Source of the DNA: Thermoproteus sp.
GTDB taxonomy: Archaea; Thermoproteota; Thermoprotei; Thermoproteales; Thermoproteaceae
DNA length: 54,634 bases
Reading direction: 5' to 3'
Assembly (NCBI GenBank): GCA_049976425.1
Contig: JBMFIG010000009.1
Location: 1 to 54,634, forward strand
Shown here: piece after piece, positions 10,130-19,455 of the stretch
Layout: the number at the start of each line of letters is the position of its first letter
Position numbering within the stretch: the stretch's first letter is position 1
Notes under the pieces: model-generated
What the model was told of the DNA's origin: nothing
The model's database searches: none
The model's input: only the letters and a program-made list of their open reading frames with translations
Program-made: the position numbers and the translations under genes

Positions 10130-11299
10130 TTAGCTGTACCCGAATAGGTTGGCTAGGTAGCTCTGCTCCCAATTGTCCTTGGCGAGGGTGTAGTCCCTCT
10201 TCGGCTCGGGGTCCTTGCTAGGCTTCGGCGGCTGGCTCGTGAAGTCTAGGCCGAACCTGACCGACAAGCTCTCCAGCCTCCCCTCGGGATTGCCCACGTA
10301 GGCCCATCCGACGAAAGCGTACTGAACCGACGCCCTGTAGGAGGACCCCTCCATCTCCAGTATCTTGTTGGCGGCGAACAGCGCGCTCTCGAACGCTATC
10401 TCCTGGTTCTTGGGGAACGGAAGGCCGGCGGCGTCGCCCACGGCCAACACGTCGTCGTATTTGGGATGTCTGAGGTCCTGCGGGCTCCTCACGTCGATCC
10501 ACGTCTTGCCCAAGCCAGCCTCCTCGACGAACTTAGGCGCTCTGTTGGGCTCGAGCATCGCGAGCACGTCGTATTTATAACGCTCGCCGGACTTCGTGAC
10601 GACCTCCCCCTCGCCTATCTCGACGATCTCTTGGTTCGTCACGAGCTCTATCCCCTGCCTTGAATATATCTGGGAGACCACGTCGGCGATCACCGGCGGT
10701 TGCATCTTGTCGTTGGCGTCTATGTGGACTATCTTGAACTTGTCCCGCACGCCTCTGCGCCGCAGGACCGAGTCTATGAGCAACGCCGTCTCGGTAGGGG
10801 CGGGGGCGCAACGGTACGGGGCCTTGGGGGCGTACACGACTATCGTGCCCTTCTCGGCGCTCCAGACCTTGCTCCTGAGCAGGTGGACGCGGCCTGGGTC
10901 GTAGACGTTCAGCACGTTGTGCCTATACCTGTCGTAGCCTGTTATGCCGGAGCCGTCCAGCACCACGCCGGGCGCAAGGACTAGGTAGTCGTAGGCGAGC
11001 TCGCCGACTCCGCCGCTCGACGTATAGCCGCCCACGTATCTGACCTTCCTGTTGGCGGGATCTACAGAGAACGCAGTGCCGACGACGACCTTCACGCCTT
11101 TCCTGACCGCCTCCTCGTACCCCCTCACTATTCTGTCCAGCGTCTGTTCCTTGGTAAGCAGTAGAGGTCTGCTCGGCCCCGAGAAGTAGTGCGGGCTCTG
11201 CGTGACGACGGTCATCTCGGCGTTGATTTTCCCCGATATCAACGTGTTGGCGACGATCATCCCCCCGATACCTCCCCCAACTATTACCACTTTCTTCAT
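10130..11299 (-). CDS. Sulfide:quinone oxidoreductase / FccB-like FAD flavoprotein
   Basis: [40 protein letters not shown]. Confidence 0.85.
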   Translation of the reverse strand: MKKVVIVGGGIGGMIVANTLISGKINAEMTVVTQSPHYFSGPSRPLLLTKEQTLDRIVRGYEEAVRKGVKVVVGTAFSVDPANRKVRYVGGYTSSGGVGELAYDYLVLAPGVVLDGSGITGYDRYRHNVLNVYDPGRVHLLRSKVWSAEKGTIVVYAPKAPYRCAPAPTETALLIDSVLRRRGVRDKFKIVHIDANDKMQPPVIADVVSQIYSRQGIELVTNQEIVEIGEGEVVTKSGERYKYDVLAMLEPNRAPKFVEEAGLGKTWIDVRSPQDLRHPKYDDVLAVGDAAGLPFPKNQEIAFESALFAANKILEMEGSSYRASVQYAFVGWAYVGNPEGRLESLSVRFGLDFTSQPPKPSKDPEPKRDYTLAKDNWEQSYLANLFGYS

Positions 11300-11413
11300 G
11301 AAACCGGATCTGATTTTCATTTTTAAATTTTAATCCGTAATAATAAATATTATAACAATTAATGTTAACACTATTTTTATTAATATTTATATTTATATTG
11401 TTTTATTCTACTT

Positions 11414-11971
11414 CTATTTATTTAATATCTCATATATTAAAAAGGAAGTCTCGGAGCCTATCTCCGTCGCCGCGCCGGCGTAGTGCGCGCCTCCCGGCGG
11501 CGCTACGACGAGCACGGCATCCGACGTGGTGCCCAACGACGGCCTCCCGCCGCAGAGGCCGCGGGCCGTCAACGTCGCCGCCTTGGCCTCGGCCGCCGTC
11601 CTGTAGAGGTCGAGAAGGCCTCTTCTGGAGAGAGGCGCCCGAGACACGACGAGTATATTCACCGTATGCCCCTCCCTGCTGTGCGCGGCGCCGATGCACG
11701 CAGGGTTGGCCAGGCCCACCGTCGCGTAGAGCTCCACGAGCCGGCCCTCGGCGTGTCTCATCTTCGATATGTCCGCCGCCGTGAAGAACACGGCCGCCCT
11801 GCCGACGAGGCCCAAGCTCTCCAGCAACGTCGATGCGTAGAGGTCGAAGTCCGCTATATACCTGTCCACCTGTTTGAAGACGACGTACCTCACCTTCTCG
11901 AAATCGCCGCCGAGGACCACGTTGCCTAAGGCGAGCAGGTCGCGGCCTAGGTCCAACACGAACAGGGTCAA
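11414..11971 (-). CDS. cbiZ: Adenosylcobinamide amidohydrolase
   Basis: FTAAD, ATVGLANP, TVNILV, TAAEAKA, GTTSDAV, YAGAAT. Confidence 0.88.
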   Translation of the reverse strand: MTLFVLDLGRDLLALGNVVLGGDFEKVRYVVFKQVDRYIADFDLYASTLLESLGLVGRAAVFFTAADISKMRHAEGRLVELYATVGLANPACIGAAHSREGHTVNILVVSRAPLSRRGLLDLYRTAAEAKAATLTARGLCGGRPSLGTTSDAVLVVAPPGGAHYAGAATEIGSETSFLIYEILNK

Positions 11972-12954
11972 GATCCGACGAGCCTCTCGTACTCCTGCTC
12001 CACCATCTCGAGCACCGGCAGGCCGCGGAGGGAGGCGAGGTACAGCGCGCCGCCCAGGGCTACGCCCTCCTTGACGTATCCCCGATCGTAGTATCTGAGC
12101 CCCGGAAAACGGGACGCGGAGAACGACGCCCTGGTCACCTTGATGTTGGCGACGCCGACTGCCCTCGCGAGGCCGAAGAAATCTGCCGACCTATCGTCGG
12201 CGATCCACCCCGTGGTCGCCACGGTCACCTTGGCCAGATCGCCGCCGAGGGCTTTAATGATGGCGGCCGCGGCGAGCATCTGGGTGCCGCCGGCCAACAC
12301 CGGCGCGCCCCCTGCGTCCAACACGCCGAGGGCGATGGCGGCGACGCCGACGTGGACGGGATCGCCCAGCTCCGCCAACGCCTTTATCGGGTCGTCCAGC
12401 CGCCCGGCCCTCGTGAACCCCTCCTTGACCACCGCCGTCTTGAGATCCTTGGGATTGTCGGGGCCAGCCGACGAGGTCTTGCCCCAGGCGTCGTACCCCA
12501 ACGCGACCAGTATCGCCATAGCCGTAGTGGTGCCGCCCGGTATGGACTCCCCTATGAAGACGTCGCCAGCCTTGGCCAGCTCGCGGCCGAGGATCCTGCC
12601 GTTCTCCAATATGTTCTCCACAGCCGTCTCGGAGAGGGCGGGCCTCTTCCTGAAATCCCCGCCCGGCTCCCCGCCGAGATCTATGTAGGGCACCTTCGGC
12701 CTCACTCTGCCTCCCGCGAAGGCCACAAGCTTCGGTATATCGCGGGTCAACGCCCTCGTCACGACGGCGGGGGTCGGTATGCCGTCGGGCGTCACCGGTA
12801 TGCCGGGTATGCTCTTGGGCCGCCCCGTCAAGAGGTACTCCACGTCTGCGGCGGGCGTGTAGTGGGTGAGCTCGGGCGAGGCCCCGGCTATAGTTATGCC
12901 AGGTATCAGCGAGATGTCCGTTGTCCCCACAACGACGACTATTAAGGGGTTCAT
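11968..12954 (-). CDS. cobT: Archaeal nicotinate-nucleotide:base phosphoribosyltransferase (MJ1598-type CobT)
   Basis: IPGITIAGA...YTPAADVE, PTPAVVTRA, GESIPGGTTTA, LAGGTQM, Y..GYVKEGV..GG. Confidence 0.9.
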   Translation of the reverse strand: MNPLIVVVVGTTDISLIPGITIAGASPELTHYTPAADVEYLLTGRPKSIPGIPVTPDGIPTPAVVTRALTRDIPKLVAFAGGRVRPKVPYIDLGGEPGGDFRKRPALSETAVENILENGRILGRELAKAGDVFIGESIPGGTTTAMAILVALGYDAWGKTSSAGPDNPKDLKTAVVKEGFTRAGRLDDPIKALAELGDPVHVGVAAIALGVLDAGGAPVLAGGTQMLAAAAIIKALGGDLAKVTVATTGWIADDRSADFFGLARAVGVANIKVTRASFSASRFPGLRYYDRGYVKEGVALGGALYLASLRGLPVLEMVEQEYERLVGS

Positions 12955-12983
12955 AATAGGGACAAGAGACCCGTTTATTAGGT

Positions 12984-13445
12984 TTACCAGTCCAGGCCCT
13001 TGACGCCGATGATCCCCCTCGAGTAGTAGTGTTTGACCGACCTGACCTCGGATATCAGATCCGCCGCCATGAGCTCGGCGTAGTTGTGGTTCCCAGTCAC
13101 CACGACGTGGGCCCCCAAGCCGAGAAGCCTCCTGAAGTCCTCAGGCCTCAAGAAGCCCTGCCTGACGGCGTAGTTGAACTCGTCCAGGATGACCAAGTCG
13201 TAGCCGGGGGCTATCGCCAAGGCCTCCTCGAGGAGATCCCTAGGCGTCTTGTGGTCCTCCAGATACAACGTCTTGACTCCCAGCCTCCTCAACGCCTTGT
13301 ACTCGCCCACGTAGTCGTCGAGATACCTCGGCGTCTTCATGGTAAACACAGCCAAGATCCTCATGTCGTGTCCCCAAGCCCTCAACAGAAGGCCCAACGC
13401 GGCCGTCGTCTTGCCCTTCCCGTCGCCGGTGTAGGCGAGGATCAT
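12984..13445 (-). CDS. cobO: Cob(I)alamin adenosyltransferase (CobO/BtuR)
   Basis: YTGDGKGKTTAALG, YDLVILDE, VVVTG, ADLISEV..VKHYY..G. Confidence 0.92.
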   Translation of the reverse strand: MILAYTGDGKGKTTAALGLLLRAWGHDMRILAVFTMKTPRYLDDYVGEYKALRRLGVKTLYLEDHKTPRDLLEEALAIAPGYDLVILDEFNYAVRQGFLRPEDFRRLLGLGAHVVVTGNHNYAELMAADLISEVRSVKHYYSRGIIGVKGLDW

Positions 13446-13472
13446 GCGCCCTCCGCTTCCTATTTATATAGG

Positions 13473-14366
13473 CTAAATGGGATCGCACCTGAGCGGCCTC
13501 ACGCGGGCCAAAAAGCCGATATCGGCCTCGACGTGGTCCAGCTCCGATACGTGGACGCCGTTGTAGTAGTGGCGGGTGGCCCTAACGCCGAGCCTGACGC
13601 CGCGGGAGGCGGCCGCCAGCACGGCCAGCTTGGACACCTCGTTGCCGTCGCCGTCCCTCACGTCGATGCGGGAGTAGTCCAGAGGGACCACAGGCGCCGG
13701 CAGCCCGCGCTCCGCCAACGCGCTGAGGCGGTGGTGTCCGTCCAGCACGGTACAAGTCCAAGCGTCGACGGCTATCGGCCTCACCGTACCGCCCAACGCG
13801 GGCACGGACTCCACGTCTTCATGGGGCAGAAGGGAGCCGGGATCGACGAATACGGGGTATATGGGGCCGGTACAGCCGGCTAGGGCCATCCAGCCCTCCC
13901 TAGTATCCACGTCGACTAGGTCAGGCATACTTACGTCGACCCACCTAGCGGTGTCGCCGCTAGGTAGCCAGGTAAGGCCCACGTAGCCCCCCGCGCCTAC
14001 CGCCGTGGACATGAGCGGCTTGGAGATCAGCCTCGCGACGTGGTTAGGCGTCAGAAAAGGCAGATCGCAAGCAGCCACCACGGCGGGCGCGTATGGGAGG
14101 AGCTCGGAGAAGTCCAGCTCGTACCCTCGGCCCTCGGTATACACCACCTCCATCCCCCACAGCCTGGCCAGCCACGCCACGGGCCCGTGCGACCTCGTCG
14201 TGGCCACCACCAGGCGGGAGGAGAAGGGCTGTAGCGCGGTGGCTACCCTCAACATCATGGGGACGCCGCAGACCGGTCTCAAGCACTTGAAGGGATCGCC
14301 GAACCTGGCGCCTCTGCCGCCGGCCAGTATCACGCCGGTTACGCCGTCGCCCACCGCCTCTCCCAT
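13473..14366 (-). CDS. cobY: CobY-like nucleotidyltransferase fused to a C-terminal ParB/SerK-like domain
   Basis: N-term ILAGGRGARFG..K.L..V.G.PM, ACDLP, VDVDT; C-term LLPHE, VLDGHHR, P.V.LDY, RATRH. Confidence 0.8.
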   Translation of the reverse strand: MGEAVGDGVTGVILAGGRGARFGDPFKCLRPVCGVPMMLRVATALQPFSSRLVVATTRSHGPVAWLARLWGMEVVYTEGRGYELDFSELLPYAPAVVAACDLPFLTPNHVARLISKPLMSTAVGAGGYVGLTWLPSGDTARWVDVSMPDLVDVDTREGWMALAGCTGPIYPVFVDPGSLLPHEDVESVPALGGTVRPIAVDAWTCTVLDGHHRLSALAERGLPAPVVPLDYSRIDVRDGDGNEVSKLAVLAAASRGVRLGVRATRHYYNGVHVSELDHVEADIGFLARVRPLRCDPI

Positions 14367-14471
14367 CGGCTGTTATTTATCTCTGACGGCGGCGTCGAGG
14401 AGGAGGCCGCTCCGTCAATACGGCCGCAGCCCAAGGCTCTCTATGTAAGATAGCATGTAGTCGACTTTAAT

Positions 14472-14490
14472 GAAAAAGAAAAGGGAGGGA
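14472..14490 (-). terminator. Pyrimidine/T-rich terminator after the NCS2 permease gene
   Basis: Minus strand reads TCCCTCCCTTTTCTTTTT immediately after the stop codon. Confidence 0.5.
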
Positions 14491-14491
14491 T

Positions 14492-15943
14492 TTAGAACCC
14501 GATGGCCGACAGCGCGAAGAATATTGCGAAGAGTATGGCTATAGCGACGATTCCTGGCTTCAGATCGGAGAACCTGCCGGTGGCCAGCTTCATCAGGAGG
14601 TAGAATATAAAGCCGAGCCCTATCCCGGCGGTTATGCTGAACGTGAACGGTATCCCTATCATCGTCAGGAAGGCGGGGACGGTCTCGGTGTAGTCGTCCA
14701 TTATGGCGAGCCTTCCGGCCAGGCTGAGGAACAGCAGACCGACCAGCACCAACACGCCGCCGGTCGCGAAGCCGGGGACTATCGTGAAGACGGGGGCGAG
14801 CGCCACCGACGCGAAGAACAGCAACGACACCACCAACGCGGTCAAGCCCGTGCGGCCGCCCTGCTCTATGCCTGTGGCGCTCTCGACGTATATTACGGTC
14901 GTCGATGTGCCGAAAAACGGCGCTACTATTGAGGCGAGCGAGTCGGTGATCAGCGCCCTGTCTATGTTCACTATCTTCCCGTCCTTGACGAGGCCAGCCC
15001 TCATGGCCAAGCCCGTTATGGTGCCGAGGCCGTCGAAGAAGTCGACGAGGAATAGGGAGAACGCTATGGGGAAGCCGAGGCCGAAGAGCGCGAAGTAGAG
15101 GTAGAAAGAGCGGGGCAGATCGTTGGCTATAGAGGTCGTGAGGGACGGCGCGAGGGCCCACGACGGCGGCGGCCTCACCAGCCCCAACGCGGCCCCGGCT
15201 ATGGTTGTGGCGATAATCGCTATGAGGAACGCGCCCGGCGTCCTCTTAGAGAGGAGCGCGGCGGCCACGAGCGCGCTCGCTATGCCTAGGTAGAGGCCTA
15301 GGGTCGAGAAGGCCGACCAGTTTATCGATATGGGGGTCCCCGTCCCGGCGGTGACGAGGCCCATGTCGGCCATTCCTATCAGCGATATGAAGAGGCCTAT
15401 GCCGATGGACGTGCCGATCCTGATGGACTCCGGCACCGAGTTTATTATGAACTCCCTAATGCCGCCTATAGAGAATATAAGGAATAGAACTCCGTTGAAG
15501 AATACGGAGACGAGGGCTAGATAGATCGCCAGAAGCGGCGCCTCGGAGGCGGGCGCCAGTTGCTTGGACAGCAAGGCGGCTGTGAACGCAGGGACCACCG
15601 TGAAGCCTATGAACGCGTTTTCGCCCATGCCGGGAGCCAGCGCGAAGGGCAGGCGGGCGTATAAGGCCATGACCAAGGTCGCGAAGCCCGCCGCAAGCGC
15701 CGTGGCTATGGTGAACCCGAGCCTCACGCTCTCGATAAGAGGCCCGTACGTCGGCGAGGCGGCCAACTGGTCGACGGGCACGTGTAGCGCGTTGCTGAGG
15801 GCCAGCTCGAAGCCTCCCGTCAATATGCTCGGGTTTACGAACAGTATGTACGCCATGGCAAGAAACGTCGTTAGGCCGGCTACGATCTCCCTCCTGACAG
15901 TGGACCCGCGTTCCGAGATCTGGAAGAAGCTGTCTAGGTTCAT
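14492..15943 (-). CDS. NCS2/AzgA-family purine (adenine/guanine/hypoxanthine) permease
   Basis: RGSTVRREIVAGLTTFLAMAYILFVNP, ALAPGMG.NAF, FFDGLGT, YVESATGI..GGRTGLT. Confidence 0.93.
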   Translation of the reverse strand: MNLDSFFQISERGSTVRREIVAGLTTFLAMAYILFVNPSILTGGFELALSNALHVPVDQLAASPTYGPLIESVRLGFTIATALAAGFATLVMALYARLPFALAPGMGENAFIGFTVVPAFTAALLSKQLAPASEAPLLAIYLALVSVFFNGVLFLIFSIGGIREFIINSVPESIRIGTSIGIGLFISLIGMADMGLVTAGTGTPISINWSAFSTLGLYLGIASALVAAALLSKRTPGAFLIAIIATTIAGAALGLVRPPPSWALAPSLTTSIANDLPRSFYLYFALFGLGFPIAFSLFLVDFFDGLGTITGLAMRAGLVKDGKIVNIDRALITDSLASIVAPFFGTSTTVIYVESATGIEQGGRTGLTALVVSLLFFASVALAPVFTIVPGFATGGVLVLVGLLFLSLAGRLAIMDDYTETVPAFLTMIGIPFTFSITAGIGLGFIFYLLMKLATGRFSDLKPGIVAIAILFAIFFALSAIGF

Positions 15944-16022
15944 GGCGGGCATGATAAGTGGTTATTTAAACTTGTCTCAGAAAAATAAACGGCCATCCAC
16001 GGAGTTTTTTAAGCAAGCAATT

Positions 16023-16076
16023 AATCGGCTACCCCAGCGAGCGATCACCGGTCACCTGGCATGACTATCCTCATTG
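16023..16076 (-). ncRNA. Putative box C/D guide sRNA
   Basis: Minus strand: C ATGAGGA, 12-nt guide TAGTCATGCCAG, D' GTGA, C' GTGATCG, guide CTCGCTGGGGTAG, D CCGA; TATATA about 25 nt upstream. Confidence 0.5.
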
Positions 16077-16188
16077 TATATATACCGGGACCGCGCTATA
16101 TATCCATGTCTCTGGCGTCGCATCTACCGCAGATCTTTCAGGCGGCGGACGCACTGCGAGGGCCCACGGCTCCGGCGTCGGTGTGAGG

Positions 16189-17076
16189 ATGGACCGCGAT
16201 CTGTTGCTGTTGCCGGTGGCCATAGTCGCCATATCGAGCGCGTCGATACTTATCAGGCTGACCGAGGCGGATTCCGTGGCGATAACTTTCTGGCGCCTTG
16301 CCATAGCGACGGCCATAACCATCGCCGTCGCCGAGGCCTCCGGGAGGGGGGTGAAGGTGGGCGGGTGGTGGCCGGCCGCCGCGGCGGCGGGCGCCCTGCT
16401 CGCGATCCACTTCACGACCTGGATAGCCTCCCTCTTCTACACGACCATAGCCATAAGCACGACCCTGGTGAATCTACATCCGCTGGTCATGCTGGCCATA
16501 AGCAAATACGGCCTCTCCGAGAGGGTCAGCAGAAGGACGGCGATAGGCGTCGCCTCGTCGGTGGCCGGCAGCCTCCTCATGTTCTCGGCCGCGGCCGGCC
16601 TCGGCGGGGCCAACCTCCTCGGGGCGTTCCTCGCCTTTATCGGGGCGTTGGCCTTCGCCGGCTACCTCGCCGTGGGCCGGCTCGTGAGGGCCAGAGCCGA
16701 CACTCTGAGCTACACCGCGGTCGCCTACGGCTTCGCGGCCCTATTCGCGCTCGCGGCGTCGTTGGGGCTGGGCGCCAAGCTCTTCGGGTACTCCCCGGAC
16801 GTGTACGCGCTCTTCGCGGCGATCGCGGTGGTGCCCATGTTGTTGGGCCACAGCATATTCAACTACCTATTGGGCAGATATAGGGCCATCACGGTCGCAG
16901 TAAGCGCCCTCGGGGAGCCGGTCGGCGCCACCCTCCTAGCGGTGCCCATATTCGGCCAAATACCTCAGCCGAACGTGGTCCTCGGCATGGCCTTGATACT
17001 CGCTGGCGTCGTGGTGGTGTCCCTCGAGGAGGCTCAGCCCAAGAATCCTCTAGCCCGCGCCTCCGCCAGCACGTAG
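16189..17076 (+). CDS. DMT/EamA family transporter
   Basis: About 10 TM helices; LAIHF.TWIASL.YT, LGEPVGATLLA...FG. Confidence 0.9.
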   Translation: MDRDLLLLPVAIVAISSASILIRLTEADSVAITFWRLAIATAITIAVAEASGRGVKVGGWWPAAAAAGALLAIHFTTWIASLFYTTIAISTTLVNLHPLVMLAISKYGLSERVSRRTAIGVASSVAGSLLMFSAAAGLGGANLLGAFLAFIGALAFAGYLAVGRLVRARADTLSYTAVAYGFAALFALAASLGLGAKLFGYSPDVYALFAAIAVVPMLLGHSIFNYLLGRYRAITVAVSALGEPVGATLLAVPIFGQIPQPNVVLGMALILAGVVVVSLEEAQPKNPLARASAST

Positions 17077-18410
17077 GACTGAGACGGGACAAACGGCGGA
17101 AGCCCCTCGGCGCGTTCGGCCCTTATGCCCAACACGTCCAGGGCCTCGTCCACCTCGTCCACTATACGGCGGCCCAAGAGCGATTCGGCCCTCCTCCTGT
17201 CGTAGAACTGCGCGTCGTATTCGAGCTCTCTGAGATACGCCGGTAGCGCCTTCAAGAGCTTGTCCAGCTCCCCGCGTCTGTGGAGCGTCGTTATGTAGGG
17301 CGCGTCCAAGAGGGTCGGAGGCAGGCCGGCGGCATACCAAGCCGCAGTATAGACTATCGCGCGGGGCACGTTCACGACGCCGCCGTTGGATATTATAGAT
17401 CTGCCGTAGACGCGCCACGAGACTCTGTCCCGCGTCGAGGGGATCAAGGAGGCGAGCTCGGCGATCTTGTCTGCGTATTTCGAGACGAGCTGTCTGTAGG
17501 ACTCGGAGGCCTCCCTGACTACAAGCGAGGCCCAAGCCGCATCCAGCGAGGCGTCGGGGCCGCGGCCGGCCGCCGCGAGCAGAGTCTCCTTGACGGATAG
17601 ATACCGCTGATACGGCACGTCGTAGCGCACCGCCGACTGTACCGTGGCCGTCCGGAAGCCCGAGTACTGTCCGGCCTCGACGGGGGCGAGAGCCGGGTTG
17701 TTCAGACCTCCTCTAAACGGCGGGGAGCCCATGCCGAGTATCGGCGCTATCTCGTGGTCCAGCTCGGAGTTCAGCCTGCCCACCTCGGCGAGGGCTACGC
17801 GGAGCGCCAGGGCTGAGGCTACGTGGCCGTTCACGACGGCCGAGTCGCTCTTGCCCAGGAAGACCCTCACCTGCTCTAGGAACACGCCGCGTCTGATATA
17901 CTCCTGGACGATCACCTTGACGAAATCCGCTATCCTGAGATGCCTAGATGCGTCCTCGACCAGGGGCACGAGCTGTATCTCGGCCTTGCCCGAGTAGGCG
18001 GCGGCTTTCCTGGCCAACATATCTATGGCGAGCCTGATGTCCTCGGGGCTCTCCGACATGGGGAGCACTATCCAGCGTACCCCGTGCACGCCCGCCTCCT
18101 TGAGGGCCCTTAGATCCGCCAGCACCGCGGCCTCCATGGCCAGCATGCTCCTCTCGAAGTCCTCGAGCGAAGGGTTGGGTATACGGGGCGTTACGAAGAA
18201 GCGCTCTCCGAGGGGTATCCCCGACTTGAGGGCCCTCAACACTATATCCCGGGGCTGTATATACGGCGTCCCCTTCCCCTCGAAATCCGACATGACCTCG
18301 TCGCAGCCGTAGATGGCGTAGGCCGCCACGGCCTCCTCCACCTCCTCCTCAGCGGTTATTTTTATGGTGGAGTCTGGATGTTGCGTACACATGAGGCGCG
18401 GCAGATACAT
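17034..18410 (-). CDS. ppcA: Archaeal phosphoenolpyruvate carboxylase
   Basis: PRLMCTQHPD, EVM.DFEGK, VPLVED, RVFLGKSD.A..GH, GMGSPPFRG, TVQSA, PRAI.YTA. Confidence 0.95.
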   Translation of the reverse strand: MYLPRLMCTQHPDSTIKITAEEEVEEAVAAYAIYGCDEVMSDFEGKGTPYIQPRDIVLRALKSGIPLGERFFVTPRIPNPSLEDFERSMLAMEAAVLADLRALKEAGVHGVRWIVLPMSESPEDIRLAIDMLARKAAAYSGKAEIQLVPLVEDASRHLRIADFVKVIVQEYIRRGVFLEQVRVFLGKSDSAVVNGHVASALALRVALAEVGRLNSELDHEIAPILGMGSPPFRGGLNNPALAPVEAGQYSGFRTATVQSAVRYDVPYQRYLSVKETLLAAAGRGPDASLDAAWASLVVREASESYRQLVSKYADKIAELASLIPSTRDRVSWRVYGRSIISNGGVVNVPRAIVYTAAWYAAGLPPTLLDAPYITTLHRRGELDKLLKALPAYLRELEYDAQFYDRRRAESLLGRRIVDEVDEALDVLGIRAERAEGLPPFVPSQSYVLAEARARGFLG

Positions 18411-18604
18411 TGGAGGCCTAAGGCGCCCGCTATATATCGATTGGCGCAGAGAATAACTAAGCAGTTAGGGACTGACCGAAACTCAGTCGCAGAGATCTCG
18501 GATCGTTAGGTATATAGTATTTAGATACTCGGGCAAGCATTGTAAAATGTAACGTAGGGCCTACGTCCAACCGGTTCACTGAGATAATCGACGGCGGGGC
18601 CCCA

Positions 18605-19411
18605 CTAGCCGCTCCGGGGCAGAGGGGTCAGCTTGGCTTGGGGAAAACGCCTCCCTATCTCGTCGACGAGGAACTGCCTCACCTTGGCTACTAAGTTCCT
18701 CGCCTCGTCGCAGTTCCCGGCGCTACCGTATATATGTATCTCCTCAAGCGGCGCGCCGGTCTCGTGGCCCTTCGGGTGGCTCTTCACGTAGACCCTCTCG
18801 TCTATCTTCAACGTCTCCCTCAATACCGGCGATAGGTCGGCCTCCGGCACGCCGGCGAGGTAGAAGGAATCCTCGGCGAAGCAGAGGCCCGGGCCTCTGG
18901 CCCTCAGCAGAGGCTCCGCCTGCTCCTCGAATATGGCCTCCATCTCCTTGGGCACGCCGGGGAGTACCAACAGTATCTTACCCCCCTGCTCCGCCCAGAT
19001 CCCGGGGGCCACGCCCGCTGAGTTGTAGAGAGGCTTTGCCCCTCTGGGGATGTAGGCCATCTTCAGACGCTCTGGGGTGACCTGGTAGCCCCTCTGCCGG
19101 TACTTCTCGAGCACCCACTCCTTGGCGATCTCGTCGAGGACCGCGTCGACGCCGAGGGCCTTGGCGGCGGCCAAGTTCGTGATGTCGTCCGGCGTCGGGC
19201 CGAGCCCGCCCGTGGACACGACCAGATCGGCCTTCGATAGGGCCTCCCTAAAGGCCGCCACGATCTCCGCCTCGTCGTCGGGCACCACCACTATCCTCCT
19301 GACCTGGTAGCCCAGATACGTCAGCTTTCTGGCGAGCCACGCGGCGTTCGTGTTGACGACTCTGCCTATCAACAGCTCGTTCCCTATCGATATTATCCAC
19401 GCAGACGGCAT
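18605..19411 (-). CDS. CinA N-terminal-like molybdopterin-binding domain protein
   Basis: IGNELLIGRVVNTNAAWLA, TGGLGPTPDD.T, N..G.APG, LPGVPKEM. Confidence 0.9.
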   Translation of the reverse strand: MPSAWIISIGNELLIGRVVNTNAAWLARKLTYLGYQVRRIVVVPDDEAEIVAAFREALSKADLVVSTGGLGPTPDDITNLAAAKALGVDAVLDEIAKEWVLEKYRQRGYQVTPERLKMAYIPRGAKPLYNSAGVAPGIWAEQGGKILLVLPGVPKEMEAIFEEQAEPLLRARGPGLCFAEDSFYLAGVPEADLSPVLRETLKIDERVYVKSHPKGHETGAPLEEIHIYGSAGNCDEARNLVAKVRQFLVDEIGRRFPQAKLTPLPRSG

Positions 19412-19455
19412 GGTAGAACCTATCCTCATTTTTAAGGTGAATTCGCCATAGAGCC

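Noticed and set aside
14385-14418. Hairpin TGACGGCGGC...GCCGCTCCGTCA upstream of cobY, considered as a cobalamin riboswitch
   Set aside because: Far too short, lacks the B12 box, and lies upstream of the apparent TATA box of a leaderless gene
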